A stretch of DNA of 36,923 nucleotides from positions 278,250 through 315,172 of the forward strand of contig NW_005201240.1 in NCBI RefSeq assembly GCF_000372725.1, written 5' to 3'. This stretch comes from Emiliania huxleyi CCMP1516. Its lineage: Eukaryota. The notes beneath the pieces are model-generated. The model worked only from the letters and a program-made list of their open reading frames with translations. It ran no database searches and was not told the DNA's origin. Both the position numbers and the translations under genes were made by a program. Shown one piece after another: positions 10,285 through 20,295 of this stretch; within the stretch, counting starts at the first letter, position 1; each line of letters starts with the position of its first letter.

Positions 10285-11844
10285 TCTCCTCCGCTGCCAC
10301 CGCCCCCGCCACCGCCTCCGCCGCCACCGCCGGCATCGACCAGTCGGGACCAGTCAAAGGCGCTGCCCTGCGCATGCAGCTCGGAGAGCAGCTCGTCGAC
10401 TGCAACCTCCTCCGGCCTCTGCCTCTTGCGCGCGCGAAAGAAGCTCTTCACCGCCTTGAGCTCCTGGTTGTCGCCGCTGCTGAGGTTGGAGTCCTTGCTC
10501 CCTAGGCGTGACGGCAGGGCGCTCCGGTACTCTCCCCACTGTCCTGGTGTGGCAAACCCCTTGTCCTGCACATTGGGACGGCCGCGGGCCCTTGGCATGT
10601 GGGCGGCAGCTGCTCGCTTCTCGTCGTCGACAAAGAGGGGGCTCGCGTGCTTATACAAGTCGCTGAACCGACGGCTCTCCGCCTTTGCCGCCTCGAAATC
10701 GGCGTTGGCCGCCGCGACATCGCCGTCACCGCTGCGTGCAGCACGGCGAGCCGCGGCCTCTGCGTGCTTGACGCTCCACGAGTGATTCTGCTCGACGCCG
10801 GTCGCATTGGCCACCTTGATCTTGCGGCCTCCCGCCGCGTCTGGGGTGGCGGCGGGGTTGCTCGGGTGGAAGAGGAAGAGCTTGAGCGGCTGCGGGTCGC
10901 CGCGCGCAGCAGCCGGCTGTTGCGTGAACTCCCACTTGTTGAACCTCTCCGTCGGCTGTGCGCGGAACCACTCGGCGGTCCTGCGTGGCCGACCGCTGCT
11001 CGTGCGCGAGACGCTGAGGCCCGAGATGTGGACGCGGGGAGCCTTCCTGTGCGCCTTGGCGGCAGCCTCCTTCAGGCTGATGGCCTCGGCGATGACGCAC
11101 CCTCCAGCAGTGCCGAGGGCCGCTAGCAACCGCTCGCGAGAGTTCACGTCGGCGATGGTTGGTACTGTGTCGCCGATGCGCACGATGAGCGCGTCTTGAG
11201 GCAGCAACGAGCGCGCCTGGCCAGCGAGAGCGACGCCGTCGGGCCAGTGAACGCGGAGGAGAACTGCACCATCGTCAGGCTGGTCGCTCTGGAGGCTCAC
11301 GAGCTGCATGCCAGCTAGTTCTACGCGTAGGGCGGCAGCAGCGGCGGGCGACACCCTCACAATGGTCGGCGCTCCCCACGGGACGCGGCAATAGCCAAGA
11401 GCCTCGCGCGCCGGCCCTCGCGCGGCACGGAGCTCCCCGCTGCAGACCGCTCGGCCGTCACCGCCCGCACCAGTGTCGACCACCTGGCCGAACGAAAGGC
11501 CAATGAGCCTGGCTCCAAAGCGTGCCTTCGCGGCGGCTGACACGCCGCTCAGCTCTTGGTAGCTGGTGAGGCGAGCAGTGTCGATGAGATGCAGCGGCCC
11601 GCCCGCAACGTCGAGGTAGTAGAAGACCTTGGCTGCGAGCACCTCCCTCGAGGGAGAGGCGGTCTTGACGCGGGCAGAAATGAGCAAAGAGCGTCGACCG
11701 AGGGGTCGAGAGGTCCACGCCCGCGCGCCGTGCCGCCGGGTCGAGGAGGGAGACATAGCCGCGGCCGCCCTTCGCCCTTTGCGGGGCCGTGCGTGCCGGA
11801 TATGAGCGAGGCCGGCGTCGCTGCTGACGTCGACTGGAGCAAGC
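9639..11844 (-). CDS. Hypothetical protein (3' part of a gene split by the array): PDZ-like segment, poly-Gly, coiled coil, acidic tail
   Basis: Long open frame. GAVLLRVHWPDGVALAGQARSLLPQDALIVRIGD resembles a PDZ motif. (GGC)n poly-Gly at ~10173-10333. EDNEWESGDEGSES acidic end. No DDE motif recognised. Confidence 0.6.
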
Positions 11845-14800
11845 CTGCACGAACGGCCGTGCGGCTCGTGCGGCCCATCCATCGTGATTCGGGTGCCACC
11901 ACACGCTCCGGAGCGCTAGCTGACGCCCGCCGACCGCCACTCCAGCCAGAGGCGCGAAGGGCACCCGCCGTGCTCGTCCAGCGCCGCTGTGACATCGCCA
12001 TGCGAAGCACCCAAGGTGCGGCGGGCGGCGGCGAGGGAGAGGCGGTCTTGACGCGGGCAGAAATGAGCAAAGAGCGTCGACCGAGGGGTCGAGAGGTCCA
12101 CGCCCGCGCGCCGTGCCGCCGGGTCGAGGAGGGAGACATAGCCGCGGCCGCCCTTCGCCCTTTGCGGGGCCGTGCGTGCCGGATATGAGCGAGGCCGGCG
12201 TCGCTGCTGACGTCGACTGGAGCAAGCCTGCACGAACGGCCGTGCGGCTCGTGCGGCCCATCCATCGTGATTCGGGTGCCACCACACGCTCCGGAGCGCT
12301 AGCTGACGCCCGCCGACCGCCACTCCAGCCAGAGGCGCGAAGGGCACCCGCCGTGCTCGTCCAGCGCCGCTGTGACATCGCCATGCGAAGCACCCAGCGG
12401 GCGGCGAGGGAGAGGCGGTCTTGACGCGGGCAGAAATGAGCAAAGAGCGTCGACCGAGGGGTCGAGAGGTCCACGCCCGCGCGCCGTGCCGCCGGGTCGA
12501 GGAGGGAGACATAGCCGCGGCCGCCCTCCGCCCTTTGCGGGGCCGTGCGTGCCGGACATGAGCGAGGCCGGCGTCGCTGCTGACGTCGACTGGAGCAAGC
12601 CGGCACGAACGGCCGTGCGGCTCGTGCGGCCCATCCATCGCGATTCGGGTGCCACCACACGCTCCGGAGCGCTAGCTGACGCCCGCCGACCGCCACTCCA
12701 GCCAGAGGCGCGAAGGGCACCCGCCGTGCTCGTCCAGCGCCGCTGTGACATCGCCATGCGAAGCACCCAAGGTGCGGCGGGCGGCGGCGAGGGAGAGGCG
12801 GTCTTGACGCGGGCAGAAATGAGCAAAGAGCGTCGACCGAGGGGTCGAGAGGTCCACGCCCGCGCGCCGTGCCGCCGGGTCGAGGAGGGAGACATAGCCG
12901 CGGCCGCCCTTCGCCTTTGCGGGGCCGTGCGTGCCGGATATGAGCGAGGCCGGCGTCGCTGCTGACGTCGACTGGAGCAAGCCTGCACGAACGGCCGTGC
13001 GGCTCGTGCGGCCCATCCATCGTGATTCGGGTGCCACCACACGCTCCGGAGCGCTAGCTGACGCCCGCCGACCGCCACTCCAGCCAGAGGCGCGAAGGGC
13101 ACCCGCCGTGCTCGTCCAGCGCCGCTGTGACATCGCCATGCGAAGCACCCAAGGTGCGGCGGGCGGCGGCGAGGGAGAGGCGGTCTTGACGCGGGCAGAA
13201 ATGAGCAAAGAGCGTCGACCGAGGGGTCGAGAGGTCCACGCCCGCGCGCCGTGCCGCCGGGTCGAGGAGAGAGACATAGCCGCGGCCGCCCTTCGCCCTT
13301 TGCGGGGCCGTGCGTGCCGGATATGAGCGAGGCCGGCGTCGCTGCTGACGTCGACTGGAGCAAGCCTGCACGAACGGCCGTGCGGCTCGTGCGGCCCATC
13401 CATCGTGATTCGGGTGCCACCACACGCTCCGGAGCGCTAGCTGACGCCCGCCGACCGCCACTCCAGCCAGAGGCGCGAAGGGCACCCGCCGTGCTCGTCC
13501 AGCGCCGCTGTGACATCGCCATGCGAAGCACCCAAGGTGCGGCGGGCGGCGGCGAGGGAGAGGCGGTCTTGACGCGGGCAGAAATGAGCAAAGAGCGTCG
13601 ACCGAGGGGTCGAGAGGTCCACGCCCGCGCGCCGTGCCGCCGGGTCGAGGAGGGAGACATAGCCGCGGCCGCCCTTCGCCCTTTGCGGGGCCGTGCGTGC
13701 CGGATATGAGCGAGGCCGGCGTCGCTGCTGACGTCGACTGGAGCAAGCCTGCACGAACGGCCGTGCGGCTCGTGCGGCCCATCCATCGTGATTCGGGTGC
13801 CACCACACGCTCCGGAGCGCTAGCTGACGCCCGCCGACCGCCACTCCAGCCAGAGGCGCGAAGGGCACCCGCCGTGCTCGTCCAGCGCCGCTGTGACATC
13901 GCCATGCGAAGCACCCAGCGGGCGGCGAGGGAGAGGCGGTCTTGACGCGGGCAGAAATGAGCAAAGAGCGTCGACCGAGGGGTCGAGAGGTCCACGCCCG
14001 CGCGCCGTGCCGCCGGGTCGAGGAGGGAGACATAGCCGCGGCCGCCCTCCGCCCTTTGCGGGGCCGTGCGTGCCGGACATGAGCGAGGCCGGCGTCGCTG
14101 CTGACGTCGACTGGAGCAAGCCGGCACGAACGGCCGTGCGGCTCGTGCGGCCCATCCATCGCGATTCGGGTGCCACCACACGCTCCGGAGCGCTAGCTGA
14201 CGCCCGCCGACCGCCACTCCAGCCAGAGGCGCGAAGGGCACCCGCCGTGCTCGTCCAGCGCCGCTGTGACATCGCCATGCGAAGCACCCAAGGTGCGGCG
14301 GGCGGCGGCGAGGGAGAGGCGGTCTTGACGCGGGCAGAAATGAGCAAAGAGCGTCGACCGAGGGGTCGAGAGGTCCACGCCCGCGCGCCGTGCCGCCGGG
14401 TCGAGGAGGGAGACATAGCCGCGGCCGCCCTTCGCCTTTGCGGGGCCGTGCGTGCCGGATATGAGCGAGGCCGGCGTCGCTGCTGACGTCGACTGGAGCA
14501 AGCCTGCACGAACGGCCGTGCGGCTCGTGCGGCCCATCCATCGTGATTCGGGTGCCACCACACGCTCCGGAGCGCTAGCTGACGCCCGCCGACCGCCACT
14601 CCAGCCAGAGGCGCGAAGGGCACCCGCCGTGCTCGTCCAGCGCCGCTGTGACATCGCCATGCGAAGCACCCAAGGTGCGGCGGGCGGCGGCGAGGGAGAG
14701 GCGGTCTTGACGCGGGCAGAAATGAGCAAAGAGCGTCGACCGAGGGGTCGAGAGGTCCACGCCCGCGCGCCGTGCCGCCGGGTCGAGGAGGGAGACATAG

Positions 14801-15655
14801 CCGCGGCCGCCCTCCGCCCTTTGCGGGGCCGTGCGTGCCGGACATGAGCGAGGCCGGCGTCGCTGCTGACGTCGACTGGAGCAAGCCGGCACGAACGGCC
14901 GTGCGGCTCGTGCGGCCCATCCATCGCGATTCGGGTGCCACCACACGCTCCGGAGCGCTAGCTGACGCCCGCCGACCGCCACTCCAGCCAGAGGCGCGAA
15001 GGGCACCCGCCGTGCTCGTCCAGCGCCGCTGTGACATCGCCATGCGAAGCACCCAAGGTGCGGCGGGCGGCGGCGAGGGAGAGGCGGTCTTGACGCGGGC
15101 AGAAATGAGCAAAGAGCGTCGACCGAGGGGTCGAGAGGTCCACGCCCGCGCGCCGTGCCGCCGGGTCGAGGAGGGAGACATAGCCGCGGCCGCCCTTCGC
15201 CCTTTGCGGGGCCGTGCGTGCCGGATATGAGCGAGGCCGGCGTCGCTGCTGACGTCGACTGGAGCAAGCCTGCACGAACGGCCGTGCGGCTCGTGCGGCC
15301 CATCCATCGTGATTCGGGTGCCACCACACGCTCCGGAGCGCTAGCTGACGCCCGCCGACCGCCACTCCAGCCAGAGGCGCGAAGGGCACCCGCCGTGCTC
15401 GTCCAGCGCCGCTGTGACATCGCCATGCGAAGCACCCAAGGTGCGGCGGGCGGCGGCGAGGGAGAGGCGGTCTTGACGCGGGCAGAAATGAGCAAAGAGC
15501 GTCGACCGAGGGGTCGAGAGGTCCACGCCCGCGCGCCGTGCCGCCGGGTCGAGGAGGGAGACATAGCCGCGGCCGCCCTCCGCCCTTTGCGGGGCCGTGC
15601 GTGCCGGACATGAGCGAGGCCGGAGTCGCTGCTGACGTCGACTGGAGCAAGCCGG
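11649..15655. repeat. Tandem array of ~10.5 copies of a 383-bp unit with a 1521-bp higher-order repeat
   Basis: Marker agggagaggcggtcttgacg at 11651, 12034, 12407, 12790, 13172, 13555, 13928, 14311, 14693, 15076, 15459. Spacings are 383, 373, 383, 382, 383, 373, 383, 382, 383, 383. Confidence 0.97.
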
Positions 15656-15672
15656 GGGCGGTCGCCTGGGAG

Positions 15673-16842
15673 CTAAGAGCGGGGGGCACCACCGGGCGTC
15701 AAGCAAGCAGTCTCTGCCGCGTGCGACGCGACAGCAGCCAACTGCTCGAAGCGCACTGTGGAGGATAGGGAGGAGAAGCGCGGCGAGTAGAACAGCTGCG
15801 TTAGGTATGCGGTGGTGATACCCTCCCGAGGCGGGGCTTCTCCATGCTGCCTCGCACGCTCGGCGCGACGCTCGGCGCGACGCTCCTGTTGCAGTTGGGC
15901 CAGCTGCCAGGTGCCGTATGAGGACGGCACGGCGGTTTTGCCCGCCTCGTCTCCGCAGCCCTCTCCCCGCCCATCGCCTTCCTCCTCCTGCTCCTGCTCC
16001 TCCTCCTCCTCCTTCTCCATCTCCTCGTCGCTCTCAGCCGCAGGTGATGGCGGAGGTGACGCCACCTCAACAACTGCGGCCTCGCGCGCCTCCACCTCCT
16101 CTGCCTCGCGCGCGCCGCACTCGAGGCGGAGGAGAAGACGGGCAATGGCGTAGTGACCGCTCACGCACGCGGCAAACAGCGGAGTCGCGCAGTGGCCGTC
16201 TGTCACTGTGGAGCTAGCGCTGCAGTGGCCGCCTGTCGCGGTCGAGCTTGCCTCCATCTCGGCAGCAATCTCGTTGGAAACTCGCTCGACGAGTGCTCGA
16301 TCGGGACCGCTCATGTCGAAACGTACGCGTTTGGGCGGTTTGGCAACGGCAGCTCGGACAGACGCGGACGAGCAGCAAAGGAACTCGACTCGCACTGCCG
16401 GCTCTCCGAAGCCACCATGCTCAATCATCAAGGAGAGCAGCTCCTGCGACGAGTGGAGGCCGTCGAGGAGCATGTCGTTTGAGAGGCCGAGCAGCCCGTC
16501 AGCGATCTCACCCGGCGTCTTGATCTCGCGGCCGCGGCGGCACTGTGCGGCTGGGAGCTTGGCAACGGCGTCGCGGAGGAGCCTCCATAGGATCTTTTCG
16601 CGGCGTCCGTCAGGTGCCTCGAGGAGCTCCGCCTCAAGGGCGGTGCGTGAGGCGACGGACGCCTCCACCTCCTCCAACGACATCGCTTTGACACGCGCGT
16701 ACGCCTGCGAACCGTCCGCCCGCCGGCGTGGTGCTTGGGGGCGAAACGGACGTGCGGTGTCCGCGGAAAAAAGAAAACAGAGCTGCTTGCTCTCCACCTC
16801 GCCTTTTCTGTCGCTCTCCTGGCCCAGGCCCATCAGTAGCAA
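15673..16842 (-). CDS. Hypothetical protein with one ankyrin-like repeat and an acidic tract (probable 5' part of the gene continuing at 11844)
   Basis: GHCATPLFAACVSGHYAIARLLLRL fits the ankyrin consensus; E-rich tract. True start and exon structure are uncertain. Confidence 0.55.
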   Translation of the reverse strand: MLLMGLGQESDRKGEVESKQLCFLFSADTARPFRPQAPRRRADGSQAYARVKAMSLEEVEASVASRTALEAELLEAPDGRREKILWRLLRDAVAKLPAAQCRRGREIKTPGEIADGLLGLSNDMLLDGLHSSQELLSLMIEHGGFGEPAVRVEFLCCSSASVRAAVAKPPKRVRFDMSGPDRALVERVSNEIAAEMEASSTATGGHCSASSTVTDGHCATPLFAACVSGHYAIARLLLRLECGAREAEEVEAREAAVVEVASPPPSPAAESDEEMEKEEEEEQEQEEEGDGRGEGCGDEAGKTAVPSSYGTWQLAQLQQERRAERRAERARQHGEAPPREGITTAYLTQLFYSPRFSSLSSTVRFEQLAAVASHAAETACLTPGGAPRS

Positions 16843-16945
16843 GCCTGAGGTGTCTGAAACCGCACTTATCTCGGGTCTTCAAGCTCAAACACGCGCTCAT
16901 AACTACCCACAACGGGCCCTCACACGCACATTACAGATCACAGAC

Positions 16946-17184
16946 GCCACCGAGCCCGCCGCCCGGACGCGCGAGTACGCACCGCCGCGCGTGCCGTCGC
17001 CGTGAGTAAGGGAGCGAGCACGCGTGTGTGCGGCGCGCCTTCGGCCGGTCGCCCTCGCCGCCGCCACAGCGCTGCCATGGCGGCAGCAGCCTCGGCGCCG
17101 CCGCCCGCCGGCGCGTGCACAGCCGTGCCACCGAACCCGCCGCCCGGACGCGCGGGTACGCACCGCCGCGCGTGCCGTCGCCGT
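16946..17184. repeat. 58-bp direct repeat pair (16946-17003 and 17127-17184)
   Basis: gccaccga(g/a)cccgccgcccggacgcgcg(a/g)gtacgcaccgccgcgcgtgccgtcgccgt, 2 mismatches. Confidence 0.9.
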
Positions 17185-17607
17185 CGAGCGAACGGCGCGG
17201 TGCCGGTCGTCACAGCGCGCGAGCAAGCGTGGCGCTCCTTCTGCTGTGCAGGCGCGGCGGGTAGCGCCCGCTGCGACGCCTCGCAGGCTGAGCCTCGGCG
17301 GCGTCGAGGTCGGTCGCGCTCACTCCCGCGGGCGCGGCGGTCGCCACCGATCCGGACGCGGCCATGGCGGCCCTCGCGGCCGGCGCGCACGCCGCTGAGC
17401 CTGCTGGAGTGCCACTCGAGCGGCGAGGCGAGTCATGAGCGAGGGATGTGCCTTACCAGCAGACTTGCCGAGCGGAGCTGGTCGTCGCCCCGCGGCATGC
17501 TGGCGCATCGGTACCTACTCGCTAGGGCTGCACAGTTTTGAGCGACACATCGAGCAGGGAGGAGAAGCGCGGGCTCCGCCTAGCGCAGTCACTCTGTCAT
17601 TCGAACA

Positions 17608-17786
17608 CCAGCACCACCGCGGGCGGTGCTTCGGGCGGCGCGACGCCACCTGCCGCCGGGGCCGGGCGGGAGGGTATGAGAGCTGGCCCACGACGCGTTT
17701 TCAGCCAGTAGATGCACGCGGGGGGCGCTCACGGGCGGCCGGGAGAGGCGAAAACGCTCTGGGGCGCAGATCGCACTGTGGGTTCT
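17608..17786 (-). repeat. Right inverted repeat (179 bp)
   Basis: Reverse complement of 4931-5109; ends ...gcactgtgggttct. Confidence 0.95.
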
Positions 17787-18711
17787 CCGACGCCTCTAGG
17801 TTTCCTAGTGGCGTGCTGTGAACAAACAGCGAAGAAGACGCCTGCAAAAAAAGTAGGGAACCAATCCTTCGACTTCAAGGATTGAGAGCGAGGCTGCTCA
17901 CAATCCTAGCTAGCCGTCTATCTACAAAAGAAAGGATGCCAGCGACGCGTGCTCGAGGCGGAGCGTCGTCATTTCAGAGAGAGAGAGAGATTTTTAGCAA
18001 ATACCAAACAACTTTGAACAACTCTAACACTCACACGTCATTAGGGGCCTGGAGCCCTGTTCACGCGCGCGCGAGACGTGCAGACAGGGTTGCCAGGTGA
18101 GAGCGAATGGCGCGGTTCACGCCTCGCACAACAGAGAGAGAGATGCGCTCTGCATGCAGCATGGTGGGACATAAAGAGAGCGAGTACTTGGGCGAGCAGG
18201 CCGTGCGGTCAACGCTGCCGCGCGCGACCTTGCGCGCGAGGCGGCGCAGCTGAGTTTTTTGTGCATTTCAGTGTGTGTAGCTCTTACGTACATTCCCGTA
18301 GGAGGACTCTGCTGACAGGGTTTGAAGAAGTTGGTTTTCTAAAATCTCTCTCAGGGTTTGCGATGAGGAGCGACCCGAAGGGTTTCTCGGAGGTTAGTGC
18401 ACCACTAATTTCGATTAGGTATATTGTTGGCAAATCAAGACACAGAGCTCACACAGAATCATTTCGATGCGCAGCTGCCGCCGGGTCATCCAACGGCGCG
18501 TGCAGCGGCCGCGGCGCGACTATTATTAAATGTGCGTCGCTTGCCTGCGGCGAGAGTGCTTGCGTTTTGTGCTAGGCGAATACGTTACCCATTGGACGGG
18601 CACAGTCTAAAGTGAAAACTGACTCACGCGCGGCGCGCGGCTGCTCTCCAATTTTGCCGTGGGCGGGAGACGAGTGACACTGCTGCAGGAAGATAGACGC
18701 ACCTATTCATC

Positions 18712-19783
18712 ATGAATATCCCTCTGACTGCCGACAGCCGCACGACAAAGGACAAGTCTTTAGCTACGTGGAGGCGAAAGGCCTAGGCGCATCATTGCTC
18801 ATCGGGTGCAAGTTCAACAGCAATGCTGGGAAGGCAGAAGCCCTTAAGCGCATTCGAAAGGCACTGACCGCGGAGGCGGCGGCAAAGAAGGCGGCGCCGC
18901 CGCCTTTGCCGCGGCCTCGGCCGCCGCCTTGGCTGCCGCCTCCTCGGCCGCCGCCTTTGCCGCCGCAGCCGCCTCCTTTGCCGCCGCCTCCTCGGCCGCC
19001 TGAGGACGACGAGGAACACGATGGTCCAGACGAAGCAGGTCCATTCGACTTCGCCGGCTTTAGGAATACCTTGCCCACAATAAATCGGGAACTTTGATCC
19101 GAACGTTCTCCCGGGATCGGCGCTGTTGTGCATCGCACACAGCTCCCTGAAAGCCCAATCGATGTTCTCTCTGCCGAGCACACTGCTCACATACACCAAG
19201 CCCGGCCACAACTTGTCGGTGCGCGACGCGGAGTCAGCGTTGAAGAGGATGGCCAAGGAACGGCGGATCGTCAAGAACGTCGGACAACCACGTGCGGCCA
19301 AACAGCGACGTCACTCCGAACTATGTGCTGGTGGGCGACAGCCACATTCCGTGCGTCGGGCTGTACAAAATTACGCCAGGGCGCGGTGTCAAGATGCTAG
19401 AACGGTGGCACTCTGACGACAAGTACGATGTCAAGAAGATGTACCAGCTGGCATCAAAGCACGAATGCAACAATGTCGTGTGGTCTTGGCATGCAAGTCC
19501 TGACTTCTCCCACCCGCCTCGAGGGCGGCGGCGGGTGACGGTGTGTGGTGGAGCTGGAAACGAGGCCCATGATTCGCAGATAGATAGAGGTCTCTGGTCA
19601 GGGTGGTCTGACGCCGCTTCTGCGGGCTCCCCCCCTGTTGTGCCGAAAATTGCGTCTCACTTTAATAACGAAAGTGTAGACCAAGATAGCGCGCGTGCGC
19701 GGCACACTGCCAGCATTGCTAAGGCTAGATACGGGGATTCACTGCGGGGGGGATCCCTCCCTCTGCCCCCTATGGCCCTATAA
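18712..19783 (+). pseudogene. Frameshifted remnant of an unknown intronless protein
   Basis: Consecutive protein-like frames MNIPLTADSRTTK / QVFSYVEAKGLG...TINREL / DPNVLPGSALLCIAH...KNVG / RPNSDVTPNYVLVGDSHIPCVGLYKIT... can be joined by three 1-nt shifts. Confidence 0.45.
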
Positions 19784-20295
19784 CCCAACGCCGCCCCGCT
19801 CTCCACAGATCCCACAGAAGACCGCTCAGCGGCCGCGGCCACTCCCTCCTCTCCCCGCCAGCCGCCTCGCCCGCCTCCCTTGCGGCCGCCGCCCGCGCCC
19901 TTTGTTCCGAGCGGGATGCCGCCGTCCCCTCGCTGCCGCCGCTGCCGCCGCGCGTTGCCTCCTCCCTCCCGACGCTGCCGTCGCTCGCGTCGGACCCCGC
20001 GCTGGCCTGCGCGGCCGGTCGACGTCGCTCCTAGAGCAGGCACATGAGCCCAAATCGGTCAACGTAGCAGAGTGTAGGCGTAAAATTCTTTTTTGCACGA
20101 CACAGTGGGTTAGTGCCAGTGCGCGCCAGTCCCGTGCCCAGTGTGCAGCGTCGTGCGAGTTCCTTGGAAAATTCTTTTTTGAGCTAAGTGCCTCGCCGCC
20201 CTCGCAGGAGTCGCGTATGCGGCTCCCGTTATGTACCTGTGTTTGCCTGTGTCGCGCCAGTCCCGTGCTCAAGGACAAAGAATTCTTTTTTTAAC

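Larger units (their letters stand above)
4931..17786. mobile_element. Putative 12.86-kb DNA element with 179-bp terminal inverted repeats carrying a RecQ-like helicase (AcademH-like, no transposase recognised)
   Basis: 4931-5109 is the reverse complement of 17608-17786. Genes read inward from both ends. No TSD seen. Confidence 0.7.

Noticed and set aside
11649..15655. Array as a CRISPR-like or guide-RNA array
   Set aside because: Units are near-identical over their full length with no unique spacers, and no nuclease is recognised.
11458..15706. Many 240-520 aa ORFs inside the array
   Set aside because: These result from high GC and a unit length not divisible by 3; frames cycle and stop at the same motif.
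4915..17800. Target-site duplication around the IR element
   Set aside because: The flanks gcccgcttgt and ccgacgcctc share no direct repeat at the ends, even allowing a 1-nt shift.
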